The position numbers and the translations under genes are program-made. The notes beneath the pieces are model-generated. The model had not been told where the DNA came from. It worked only from the letters and a program-made list of their open reading frames with translations, and did no database searches. A stretch of DNA of 64,000 nt, from assembly GCA_027482685.1 (NCBI GenBank), contig JAIXVU010000002.1, positions 19,352 to 83,351 of the forward strand. The letters are read 5' to 3'. Shown here in pieces: positions 39,916-49,310 of this stretch (the first letter of the stretch is position 1; each line of letters begins with the position of its first letter). The stretch is from a bacterium (lineage in GTDB: Bacteria > Patescibacteriota > Minisyncoccia > Phycocordibacterales > UBA5272).

Positions 39916-40067
39916 TGGGTGGTTCGATACGTAAGGTATTTTGTTAATTTTTTATAAGAGTTTTTCTTTTTTAACCCTACCGTTTACAAAGACGTGTCAT
40001 TTGTATGCTTACAAATGCACTCTGTCTCGGCTACCCGCCTCCGACGCGCTTTCTAAACGGTGGGGTT
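39916..40067 (-). repeat. Hairpin + A-tract + CGTATCGAACCAC element, copy 1
   Basis: Shares a 16-mer and stem architecture with 49311-49457. Confidence 0.7.
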
Positions 40068-40148
40068 GGGTGTGTTAAGACGCATGAATACAACCCAACT
40101 AATACGGGATAATTATCGTGAAAAAGAAGTATTTGTATTCTATAACCC

Positions 40149-40303
40149 TCAACTTTTCCCATGAGAAGCAACTCACCGCAGGACGACGGTCCGAGGTGGA
40201 AGAAAATTTTCAGCAGGAAATTATTCTGTTTGCTTCGATGGGAAAGTTGAAAAAGAAAATGCAAAGAAAAAGATATAGCGAAATAGTAGCCGTTTCGAAC
40301 AAC
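40149..40303 (+). repeat. Hairpin + A-tract + CGTTTCGAACAAC element, copy 2
   Basis: TCAACTTTTCCCAT/ATGGGAAAGTTGA outer stem; GACG and AGCA loops. Confidence 0.6.
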
Positions 40304-40338
40304 GTAGTCTAATTAAAAAGTTGAGTTGACAGCAAAAG

Positions 40339-41652
40339 CTATTTCAAATGCTTGATGTAATCAGATAGTGCATCTATCTTCACCGTGTCTTGAGAGTGGA
40401 CTGACATATTACGGACGATAACGGTGTTATCCATCGCTTCTTTTTGTCCAAAGATAAGACAGTAAGGAATCTCCATCTTCTCAGCAATGGCTAGTTGTGC
40501 AGAAAGAGAGTCTTTAGATAGTGATTGGTGTAGAGGAATACGAGCTTTACGTAAGATCTCCATCACACACAGACTCTTAAGCTTCGCTTCGAATCCAAGT
40601 TGGATGAAATAGACCTTCGGAGGCTTCATGATACGAGGGGCTAGAGTCTTACACTCAGGGAACATCATGATGCGTTCCATGCTTAACCCGCTTCCAACTG
40701 AAGGGACGTCTTTCTTACTCCCCATCATTTTTGCTAGATTGTCATAGCGACCACCACCTGTTATTGTTATCTCTTTTTCTGTGCCATCCTCACTAACGTC
40801 TACTTTTATCACCTCAAACACAGTTCGCGTGTAGTAACTCTGTCCGCGGACAAGTGAGTTATTAACGCGATAAGGAATACCCATTTCCTCGAGGTATTGG
40901 AGCACTTCCTTGAAGTGACTACGAGCGTCCGTTGATAAGAATGAAAGGGAAGATGGAGCATTCTCCTTAAATGGTTGGCACTGCGGTTGCTTACAATCTA
41001 ATAATCTAAGAGGATTAGTCTTGATACGTTCATGGCAGTCCTTACAGAGACCATCTAAGTGTTTCTTGTAATAATTGGTTAGTTCTTTTACAAACGCTGG
41101 TCGAGTCTCCTTGTCTCCCATGGAGTTAATATCAATAATAAGATCTTTGAAGCCGTATTCCTCAAGTATCGTCATAAGGGTGCGAATGATGAGTGCGTCT
41201 GCGATAGATTTACTCGTTCCTAATATCTCTAAGTTGAACTGTCTGAATTGGCGCCAACGTCCACGCTGAGGTTTGTCATGACGAAATGTTGGGCCGTATG
41301 AGTAGAAGAGTAGTGGCTGAGGAAGTGTTTGCATGCCGTGTTCTAGATATGCACGCATTACCGATGCTGTATATTCTGGACGAAGTGCAAGACGGTCACC
41401 ACCTTTTGTCTTAAACGTATACATTTCTTTATCGATGATGTCTGTTCCTTCGCCGATAGCGGACACGAAGACTTCCTCTTTCTCAAGTACTGGAGTTTCT
41501 ATCGGTTTGAATCCATAGTACACAGCAATCTCTTGTGCCTTTTCAAAAAGTCCTTGAAAAGCGTAGTACTGCTCACCTATAACATCATCCATTCCTTTGA
41601 GAGACATTGGAGGTTCTTTCTGAGTTGTTGGTTTTTTTGTTTCTTCGTTCAT
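40339..41652 (-). CDS. hisS: Histidine--tRNA ligase
   Basis: KEMYTF, LRPEYTA, RGRWRQF, LVRGQSYY and GGGRYD. Confidence 0.97.
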   Translation of the reverse strand: MNEETKKPTTQKEPPMSLKGMDDVIGEQYYAFQGLFEKAQEIAVYYGFKPIETPVLEKEEVFVSAIGEGTDIIDKEMYTFKTKGGDRLALRPEYTASVMRAYLEHGMQTLPQPLLFYSYGPTFRHDKPQRGRWRQFRQFNLEILGTSKSIADALIIRTLMTILEEYGFKDLIIDINSMGDKETRPAFVKELTNYYKKHLDGLCKDCHERIKTNPLRLLDCKQPQCQPFKENAPSSLSFLSTDARSHFKEVLQYLEEMGIPYRVNNSLVRGQSYYTRTVFEVIKVDVSEDGTEKEITITGGGRYDNLAKMMGSKKDVPSVGSGLSMERIMMFPECKTLAPRIMKPPKVYFIQLGFEAKLKSLCVMEILRKARIPLHQSLSKDSLSAQLAIAEKMEIPYCLIFGQKEAMDNTVIVRNMSVHSQDTVKIDALSDYIKHLK

Positions 41653-41688
41653 ATATCTTCTAGGTGTTAGGTATTATGTGTAAGTCTG

Positions 41689-42429
41689 TTATTTTGTATA
41701 GATATACTGCCCTGGTTCGTAACTAAATGTAGAAAATGGATAGATGCGGAGGAGAACTTGTCCTTTGATATTTTTTTCATCAAGTGGTCCCCAGTCACGG
41801 CTATCATAACTCTGTGAACGGTTATCTCCCATTACAAAGTAATGGTTCTCATCAAGAGTTAGATCAACATTTTTACGAGTTTCTTTGTAAGTAACATATG
41901 GCTCTTCAAGTGTGAATCCATTTGGCTCATCTTTGTTATAAATTGTCGTTACGCCATCTCGTACGACAACTCTTTCACCAGGAAGGCCGATAACACGTTT
42001 GATAAGATGCTTACCCGTGTACGGGTTACTACCACCTTCATAGAGCTTAAATATCATGACATCTCCGCGAGCTGGGGTCTCTACTAAGTATGAGAACTTA
42101 TCTACTAAAAGGAATTCTTTGTTGTGATATGTTGGAAGCATTGACCCACCATCTACAATAAAAGGTTGAATAATGAACCCTTGTACAAGCTTCACAATAA
42201 GAATCAATCCAATTATCCAAAAAAGAAGTGATGATGGACGCTCATCCTCTTCGAGTATCTTTATTGTCACTAATCCATTTCTCCATGAAGGTAAAAATGT
42301 TGCAAAGATAAGTGCAATAACTAAAAGTGTAAGGAAACTAAAAATAACAATTGAAACAGGGTTCTGTGTTACATCACTTAATGATTCGAGTACTGCGGTT
42401 GTAACAGAAGTAAATAAGGAGGACAACAT
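41689..42429 (-). CDS. lepB: Signal peptidase I
   Basis: GGSMLPT, IKRVIGLPG and MGDNR..SYDSR; start codon uncertain. Confidence 0.93.
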   Translation of the reverse strand: MLSSLFTSVTTAVLESLSDVTQNPVSIVIFSFLTLLVIALIFATFLPSWRNGLVTIKILEEDERPSSLLFWIIGLILIVKLVQGFIIQPFIVDGGSMLPTYHNKEFLLVDKFSYLVETPARGDVMIFKLYEGGSNPYTGKHLIKRVIGLPGERVVVRDGVTTIYNKDEPNGFTLEEPYVTYKETRKNVDLTLDENHYFVMGDNRSQSYDSRDWGPLDEKNIKGQVLLRIYPFSTFSYEPGQYIYTK

Positions 42430-42477
42430 TATGATGCGTAGTATATAGATTAGATTATCATTGTGCAAGAAAAATTT

Positions 42478-42584
42478 AGTTAATGGTTAATAGTTAATGG
42501 TGGATACATACATGCGAACACGCGAGGCGCCGAAGGCGCCTAGCATGTATCTAACTATTGACCATTAACGATTAACCATTGACC
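42478..42584. repeat. Inverted heptamer arrays around GGCGCC-GAA-GGCGCC
   Basis: (RGTTAAT)3 ... (ATTRACS)4. Confidence 0.75.
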
Positions 42585-42653
42585 AATGAATCTATATTTT
42601 TTTCTCACATCAATTCTGGTACACTTACATCATCTCGATAATTTTAATTAACA

Positions 42654-43184
42654 ATGATCCACACTCTTGTCCCACTTGGAAATCCCGGTAACAAATATGC
42701 AAACACGAGACATAATGCAGCACGTGTGCTTCTCCATACTATCTATCAAGATGTTATTGCTCTTTCATCTGTTGAAGTGTTCGTACCGGAGACGTTCATG
42801 AATGAAAGTGGCAAGGCGGTGAGTGATTACATGCGGTATCACGAAGGGCGAGAGCTTGTGGTTATGTATGATGATAAAGATCTGGCATATGGAACATTTC
42901 GCATCTCATATGATAGGGGAGATGGGGGTCATAATGGAGTGAAGAGTATTATCGAATCACTTGGTACGAAGGATTTTATTCGTATGCGTATTGGTATAGG
43001 GCCAAAAGGGATGTTAGAAGGCGCTGCAAAAGCGCCACATGGTGAAGAAGTGCAAGACTATGTGATGGGGCACATACACGCGGACGAGGAAGAAGAGTTA
43101 CGAGTGATTGCTCCTAAGGTGCTAGCAGCGCTAAAAACAATAGCCGAACGTGGTTATCAAAAAGCAATGGAGGTGTATAATTAG
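42654..43184 (+). CDS. pth: Peptidyl-tRNA hydrolase
   Basis: LGNPG..Y..TRHN, TFMNESG and GGHNGVKS. Confidence 0.95.
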   Translation: MIHTLVPLGNPGNKYANTRHNAARVLLHTIYQDVIALSSVEVFVPETFMNESGKAVSDYMRYHEGRELVVMYDDKDLAYGTFRISYDRGDGGHNGVKSIIESLGTKDFIRMRIGIGPKGMLEGAAKAPHGEEVQDYVMGHIHADEEEELRVIAPKVLAALKTIAERGYQKAMEVYN

Positions 43185-43192
43185 AAAAATAT

Positions 43193-44227
43193 ATGGAACA
43201 ACCTAATCAAGAAAATTTTGAAACTGGGGTAACAACATTTAATCCTGAATATTTAAGAAGTAATTTTGAGAAGAGTCGCATCCCCCTCGATCTGTCATTT
43301 GCTTCGCTATATTCTTCATTCGAAAATGATGTCAGTAGAGTAGAAAATCTTAAGGAGAGATTTGCTCAACAAGAAAGTAACGATGAAACGGGGATGATTG
43401 GAGAATCTCTCGTCTTTGCCCGCATTCAAGAAGGTGTTCTTGGTACAGGTATAACCGCTAGAGCAACAAGTCTTTATGATGATTTCTTTCACGGGGCGGA
43501 TATCGTGATTGAAAGTAAAGCCAAACAGCAACGTGATCCAATCATATCTTCAATTGATGTGACAATTAGCCAACAAGCTTTTGGGGTTAATCAGCGTTCT
43601 AAATTTGAGTCAGAAGGAGTTGTGAATGAGGTCGGGTTAGAAAAAAAATTACAAAGAGTAGTAAAGCACATAAAAACTATTGCTAACTTCTCACCAGAAA
43701 AAGCCATTGAATTATCTGCATGGCTACAGAGTGGAGGACTTGCTCAACCAAGGACTTCAAATAATCAAAAATATTTTGATGATGCGGAGCGTCTTATGCT
43801 TCTTAAATACTACAAAAATCCAGAAACATCTGATGAGCCGGATAAACCACATTTTGTTATGAGTGGCCCGCAAGTAGTCTTAAGTATTGATAGGGCCTTT
43901 GTCAATAAAGCGATTACCGCAGAGCAGTCTGAAAAAGCTCTCAAAGATATAGACACTCTTATACAAGTAGAAGTGCCTTATGCTGTAGCTGTTATCGCGC
44001 GACATGTTGATGAGCTTGCCCGTAAGATGGCTAAGGAGAGAGTGCCTTCTAATTTGTTTTTTGATATGATGCGTGCATCTTGTAGAGCATGGGAATTAAC
44101 TTTTGCAGGGGACCAGAATCAATTTAGATTACAAAAAGCAATTCAAGTATGCCAGAAAGATCCTGAGCTTAAAAAGCAATTACAGTATTACCAAGTCACT
44201 CTTAACAGTTTGCTAGCAGTAAAGTAG
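43193..44227 (+). CDS. Hypothetical protein
   Basis: 344-aa ORF 8 nt after pth; acidic DD..G.D...IDVT motif. Confidence 0.75.
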   Translation: MEQPNQENFETGVTTFNPEYLRSNFEKSRIPLDLSFASLYSSFENDVSRVENLKERFAQQESNDETGMIGESLVFARIQEGVLGTGITARATSLYDDFFHGADIVIESKAKQQRDPIISSIDVTISQQAFGVNQRSKFESEGVVNEVGLEKKLQRVVKHIKTIANFSPEKAIELSAWLQSGGLAQPRTSNNQKYFDDAERLMLLKYYKNPETSDEPDKPHFVMSGPQVVLSIDRAFVNKAITAEQSEKALKDIDTLIQVEVPYAVAVIARHVDELARKMAKERVPSNLFFDMMRASCRAWELTFAGDQNQFRLQKAIQVCQKDPELKKQLQYYQVTLNSLLAVK

Positions 44228-44245
44228 TTTCTATTTTTGAAAAAG

Positions 44246-44278
44246 CTAAAGAGCGACGCCGTAGGCGTCGCTCTTTAG
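44246..44278. repeat. GC palindrome CC-GTA-GG followed by CTA-heptamers
   Basis: CTAAAGAGCGACGCC-GTA-GGCGTCGCTCTTTAG; sibling of 24088-24120. Confidence 0.8.
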
Positions 44279-44320
44279 TATTTTCTAGACCCTAATTCCT
44301 AAACTCTAACCTTCTAGTTC

Positions 44321-45388
44321 TTACTTCTTCCCGTACGCAAGAGTCATACGTTCCTCATTTGCATCAAAAAGAGTGATTGAGAACTTGTAAATCTTCCCAA
44401 GCGATAGCGCCTCGCGGAGCTTAGCCTCATCACCGAAGTCAGATACATGCACAAGTCCTGCAACACCTTCCTCAATAGATACGAGTGCGCCATGCTTGTT
44501 GAACTTAATCACAACACCGTCGACGTCGTCACCTTTCTTGTATTTCTTCGCAGCTTCTTTCCAAGGGTTCTCTTTAAGAGCCTTGAGTGAAAGTGAGATC
44601 TTACCATCCTTAACCTCAATGATCTTTGCTTTTACTTTATCTCCTACCTTTGCGTGAGCTTTTGTATCTTCAACGAGCCCCCAGTCAATCTCACTCTTGT
44701 GAACGAGACCTTCAACACCGTCTGATAGTTTGATGAAGATACCGAACTCTACAACACCTGTAACAGTTCCTTCTACTTCATCACCTACGAGGTGATTACC
44801 TGCAACTATTTCTTTTGCTTCTTTGGTTGTTCCGCCATCTTTTTCTGAGAAGATTAGTTTACCTTCCTTTGGAATTGCTGAAATGATAGATACTGATACA
44901 CGCTTGCCGATAAGCTTCTTGAGTTCGCGGAGGATCTTATCCTTATCGCCATCCTCGATACGTGGGTAGTTCTCTTCCTTAAGTTGGGAAGCAGGAAGAA
45001 ATCCTGCCATACCTTGCCATTCGATGATTAGTCCACCTTTGTTAGCATCCTTAACAACGAGGTCCATAACACGCTTATCTTTGATAGCTTGTTCTGCATC
45101 ATTCCACATGAGAGCTTGACGAGCTTCCTTGAGTGAAAGTTCTACATATCCGTCGTTGTTCTCACGAAGGACAATTTTTGCTGAGATTGTATCTCCAATA
45201 TTGATACGCTTGATAACATCACGAGCATTCATGAACTCGATACCATAGATGATACCTGTTCCTGCCTGACCGAGGTCAACATAGAGCGCAGCTTTTTCTA
45301 TAGCTACGACCACTCCTTCGATAATGTCTTCTTCCTTAAAGATAACTGCTCCTTCTGCAAACGGAGCTACTTGTTGTAATGTTGTCAT
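44321..45388 (-). CDS. rpsA: 30S ribosomal protein S1 (four S1 domains)
   Basis: Repeated S1 motifs (GFLPASQ, FGIF..L..GVEGLVH, ISLSLK); start MTTLQQ. Confidence 0.9.
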   Translation of the reverse strand: MTTLQQVAPFAEGAVIFKEEDIIEGVVVAIEKAALYVDLGQAGTGIIYGIEFMNARDVIKRINIGDTISAKIVLRENNDGYVELSLKEARQALMWNDAEQAIKDKRVMDLVVKDANKGGLIIEWQGMAGFLPASQLKEENYPRIEDGDKDKILRELKKLIGKRVSVSIISAIPKEGKLIFSEKDGGTTKEAKEIVAGNHLVGDEVEGTVTGVVEFGIFIKLSDGVEGLVHKSEIDWGLVEDTKAHAKVGDKVKAKIIEVKDGKISLSLKALKENPWKEAAKKYKKGDDVDGVVIKFNKHGALVSIEEGVAGLVHVSDFGDEAKLREALSLGKIYKFSITLFDANEERMTLAYGKK

Positions 45389-45698
45389 AAATATAAATTG
45401 TGTGCGGTACAAAAGAAAATGGTCCACACGAGGTGGACAAAGTCGCTGTGCCTCGTATCGGGGTCCCATCCACAGTTTAGAAAATACATTTTCTAAACTG
45501 TGGATGGGGATTAAGTCCGAAACGTTTCTTGTTAATAAAGAATAGTATTTATACTACAGTACAAGAGCGAAAAAAGCAATCAAAATACTTCTTCATGAGA
45601 CATTGACAAAGCCAAGGTATTTCTGTAGTGTTTTGGTACAAGTACTTATTAAACGTGTACCTAGTCTTACGAAAGAGTGTTACTATATCTATAATATT

Positions 45699-47453
45699 AT
45701 GAAAAAAGGAATTATTAGTCTGATGGTAGTAGGAGTTAGTCTTTTTGGCGTAACTCTTTATGCAGCACCAGCATTTACGTCAATGACATACTACCCTGAA
45801 GGGATAGGTTCATATGATGAATGGAATGTAGTTGGTGGTGATAAGATTAGTGCGGTAGATAACAACGACGGGGATACAACTTTTCTTACAGTCAATACAC
45901 AAGGAAAAGCACAGACATTTACTTTTTCTACCCCAGCTATTCCAGTAAACGCGATTATTGATACAGTAAGTCTCTATGTTTTTGCAAAAAAAGTTGATGC
46001 AGGGTATGAAGATGTGCCAATTTCAGAAGAGAACAACCCACGATTCAAGTTCCGTGTTGAAAACGCTACAGATGTAAGTGATGGTGATGAAAAGATTATT
46101 TCAAACACAGATGGGTACATACTTTACGATAGACACATGGGAGAGAATCCTTTTACAGGGCTGACATGGACTGTTGCTGATCTTACAGCAGCTCAAACAC
46201 GCTTCGGAATCGTGCGTACCAATGAAGGGTCTGAGACTGGTATTGAACCACGAGTTACTAAGTTTTGGGTAGATGTTCTCTACTCTGTGCCAGGAGATGT
46301 CGAAGGAGAGGGAGAGACTGGTGGAACCGGTGGAGGTAGTGGAACTTCTACAATTCCAGTTAGTACTGCAACATTTGCAACAACTACACCTGAACTTACG
46401 CTTGTTACATTTACCGCAAGTAGTAGTAATGCAACCAGTACATTTAGTCTCTCAACATCGAGCCCATCCGGTGCGGTAGTTGATCCAGTAACTGGAGTAT
46501 TCACATGGACCCCAACAGAGGCACAAGGACCTGGTGTATATACGTTTGATATCATCGCATCAAGCACTAGCGGTGTTGTAACAACAACGGTAACGATAAC
46601 AGTTACAGAACTAAACGCTACACCAACTGCAAGTGATGTTCTTAGTTCCACTCTTGTTAACATTCCCGTAACCGTCTCATTACTAGGAGCAGATGCAGAT
46701 GTGCCTGTACAGACACTTCTCTATACAATTATTACAGCACCTACAAATGGTACAACAACAGCAAGTGGAACATCTGTGCTGTATACACCAAATAGTGGTT
46801 TCATTGGAATAGATACATTCACCTATGTTGTATCTGATGGTATAGCAACAAGTAGTATTGCTACGACTACGATTAGTGTAATGGCAGGAGGTGGTAGTGG
46901 AGGTGGAGGAGGTAGCGGTAGTGAAGGCGGTACAACATTTTCAGGTGGAGGATCATCAGGTGGCGGTAGTGGATTCTTTGTAGGAAGCGGACCTGCTGGG
47001 CAAGTACTCGGTGCAAGCACTGGTGGAAGCGGAGCACGTACTGGGCAAGTGCTTGGAGCGTCAACATGTGGACTATATCTCGATAAATATTTACGATACG
47101 GATACAACAACGATGTTGAAAGTGTTAAGAAGTTGCAGAGATTTTTAAATGAAAATCTTGGTACATCTATTCCTGTTACAGGCTATTATGGACCACTCAC
47201 TGAGACTGCTGTGCGCACTCTACAGAAGAAGTATAAAGCTATGATGCTCACACCTTGGAAGTTAGATGAGTCAACTGGTATTGTGTATCTCACAACAGTT
47301 ACCGCTATTAACAACATTGTATGTCCAGAGCTTAATCTTCCTGTTCCGACTAACCTTGTGCCATTTAGTCTTCATCCAGATGTTCCTACTCGTTTATCAT
47401 TTATGTCAAAAGTTTTAGGCGTAAGTATGAGTACGGAGCCGTTTGCAAGATAA
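45699..47453 (+). CDS. Secreted Ig/cadherin-like domain protein with peptidoglycan-binding domain
   Basis: Signal peptide, TGVFTWTP, YTPNSGFIGIDTFTY, Gly/Ser linker and VKKLQRFLN..TGYYGPLT..AV..Q. Confidence 0.85.
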   Translation: MKKGIISLMVVGVSLFGVTLYAAPAFTSMTYYPEGIGSYDEWNVVGGDKISAVDNNDGDTTFLTVNTQGKAQTFTFSTPAIPVNAIIDTVSLYVFAKKVDAGYEDVPISEENNPRFKFRVENATDVSDGDEKIISNTDGYILYDRHMGENPFTGLTWTVADLTAAQTRFGIVRTNEGSETGIEPRVTKFWVDVLYSVPGDVEGEGETGGTGGGSGTSTIPVSTATFATTTPELTLVTFTASSSNATSTFSLSTSSPSGAVVDPVTGVFTWTPTEAQGPGVYTFDIIASSTSGVVTTTVTITVTELNATPTASDVLSSTLVNIPVTVSLLGADADVPVQTLLYTIITAPTNGTTTASGTSVLYTPNSGFIGIDTFTYVVSDGIATSSIATTTISVMAGGGSGGGGGSGSEGGTTFSGGGSSGGGSGFFVGSGPAGQVLGASTGGSGARTGQVLGASTCGLYLDKYLRYGYNNDVESVKKLQRFLNENLGTSIPVTGYYGPLTETAVRTLQKKYKAMMLTPWKLDESTGIVYLTTVTAINNIVCPELNLPVPTNLVPFSLHPDVPTRLSFMSKVLGVSMSTEPFAR

Positions 47454-47472
47454 GCAAAAGTAACATAAGTAA

Positions 47473-47538
47473 GGGCGGAGAAATGGAACGTAAAAAAGTC
47501 GGCATACGCCGACTTTTTTACGTTCCATTTCTCCGCCC
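47473..47538. repeat. Perfect 31-bp inverted repeat
   Basis: Arms 47473-503 and 47508-538, loop ATAC. Confidence 0.9.
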
Positions 47539-47575
47539 ACTTCTTACCTAGTTAATTCACGCTATACTATATCGT

Positions 47576-48733
47576 ATGAGAAAAGTTTTAAGAAAAATCC
47601 TGCGCTTCCTCCATCATTTTTTCATCCCACACAAGCATAACGAATACCGCCCACATATTTTTCGTGAGGCGTCCATTGCAAGTATCTTACTTGTATCACT
47701 TATCACATTTGCAATCTCTATAACATCAGCGCTCATCATCACATCACCATCTGGAGCATCAATTGTTACTCGCGTGCTTGTAGATTTGACGAATGATCAT
47801 CGAATTAGTAATGGCCTTAATCCACTGTTTCATAACGAGACACTAGATAACGCTGCGCTACTTAAGGCAAAGGATATGGCGATGTGGGGCTACTTTGCTC
47901 ATTATAGTCCTACAGGGGTTACGCCGTGGAGTTTCTTTGATAAGGTGGGGTATGTGTTTCTCTTCGCAGGAGAAAATCTCGCGATTAATTTTACCGATTC
48001 ACGTGATATACAAGAAGCGTGGATGGCTTCTCCAACACATAGGAAAAATATTTTAGATCCTCGATTCAAGGAGATTGGTCTAGCAACACAGGAGGGGGTA
48101 TACGATGGCTATCCAACAATATATGTTGTGCAGTTCTTCGGTTCGCCTGCGCTTCGCTCTACAACTGTCGTTGCAACTACATCAACAAGTACGTCACAAA
48201 CGACTGGTAAGAAAAATAAAGCTATAACGTCTGTTACAAAAGCAACTTCAAGACCTTCTAACGAGTTTGCCGCAAACACTCGTGTAAAAGGAGCAGAGAC
48301 TACGCTTTCTGCAAATGATGTCATACCAGATGACGAACGCATAGCAGGCGGTCTAGTGTCTGCTACTCAAACGGAAGTTACAATACCTGAGTATAGCGAG
48401 CAGGCGTTTATAACTATTCTCGCAGGAGATACATCGTTTGCGTATAATACAGATCCAGAACTTCTAGCTACAAATACTACTTCTATGCAGATGGTTGTCT
48501 ATTCCACATGGTATGAGCGTAGCATGATGGCATTTCCACGTAACATACAGATAGTGTATACCATCGTACTCATCATTCTTTTACTAGCATCACTTTCATT
48601 TATTTGTATAGAAATTAGACGCGAACATCATAAACATATTATCTACACAGTTCTCATCGTTATAATTCTTCTTATCTTAATGTATCTCAATAAAGCCTAC
48701 ATCATCTCTCAAGTGCCATTTATAAAATTCTAG
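47576..48733 (+). CDS. CAP/SCP domain membrane protein
   Basis: LTND.R, KAKDM..GYFAH, AGENLA and WMASPTHRKNIL. Confidence 0.9.
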   Translation: MRKVLRKILRFLHHFFIPHKHNEYRPHIFREASIASILLVSLITFAISITSALIITSPSGASIVTRVLVDLTNDHRISNGLNPLFHNETLDNAALLKAKDMAMWGYFAHYSPTGVTPWSFFDKVGYVFLFAGENLAINFTDSRDIQEAWMASPTHRKNILDPRFKEIGLATQEGVYDGYPTIYVVQFFGSPALRSTTVVATTSTSTSQTTGKKNKAITSVTKATSRPSNEFAANTRVKGAETTLSANDVIPDDERIAGGLVSATQTEVTIPEYSEQAFITILAGDTSFAYNTDPELLATNTTSMQMVVYSTWYERSMMAFPRNIQIVYTIVLIILLLASLSFICIEIRREHHKHIIYTVLIVIILLILMYLNKAYIISQVPFIKF

Positions 48734-48739
48734 GAATAG

Positions 48740-48770
48740 AAAAAGCCGGACATCTCGCGATGCCGGCCTT
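48740..48770 (-). terminator. Intrinsic terminator of the minus-strand orphan unit
   Basis: Minus strand GGCCGGCATC-GCGA-GATGTCCGGC-TTTTT. Confidence 0.7.
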
Positions 48771-48923
48771 CGACAGATAGCTTTTGTGTAGCTTTCGGAG
48801 CTCTGTCACACAGCCAGTGATGGGCCGCTTGCTATCCTGCTTTACTCCGTGCTGGGTTGCATGCCCAGCATGACCTTCAACATCGACTCATATTGGTCTC
48901 CTTGGTTGTGGCGTCGCTGGTGA

Positions 48924-49154
48924 TCAGCTGGTGAGTGCCGTTTTCCGACGGAACTTCACGAGCTTCTTGGGCTTCCGGCCGTAGTTGCGCGGCGAGGAGT
49001 GGCCCACCTTCAGGTAGTCGCGGAAGATTTTCTCCCGTTCACCAGAAGTGACGGGCATCTTGCCTGTGGTTTCGTTGACCACCTCCTTGGGCGTCGGGTC
49101 GCCATAGCACCACGCAGCCCTGATGAAGGTATTACCGATGAGGATCACGCACAT
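48924..49154 (-). CDS. Small basic hypothetical protein (76 aa, GC-rich orphan)
   Basis: AAGGAG SD 49167-62 before ATG 49154; TTGACA-16-TATAAT promoter. Confidence 0.65.
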   Translation of the reverse strand: MCVILIGNTFIRAAWCYGDPTPKEVVNETTGKMPVTSGEREKIFRDYLKVGHSSPRNYGRKPKKLVKFRRKTALTS

Positions 49155-49310
49155 GGATTTTCTCCTTGTTGGTGCGGTTGGGAACTGGATACAACGAACT
49201 TTAACTGACATATATTATACACTATTATAAACTTTTGTCAAGTACAATTAGGCTTATACATCAAGGGTATTTTGACACATATTCTGTATTTGTTATGTAT
49301 TTACTACCTC

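Noticed and set aside
40098-40116. TAATACGGGATAAT, reminiscent of an IS1595-type end
   Set aside because: Single short occurrence with no partner repeat or transposase; cannot be supported without an ISfinder search.
43193-44227. Possible PD-(D/E)xK nuclease or defence protein
   Set aside because: Only a loose acidic motif and no defence-gene context; needs profile or structure search.
8968-48926. TGA recoding (code 25/4) suggested by TGA-ending orphans
   Set aside because: Long genes are uninterrupted under code 11, and TGA ends are followed by terminators or closed frames.
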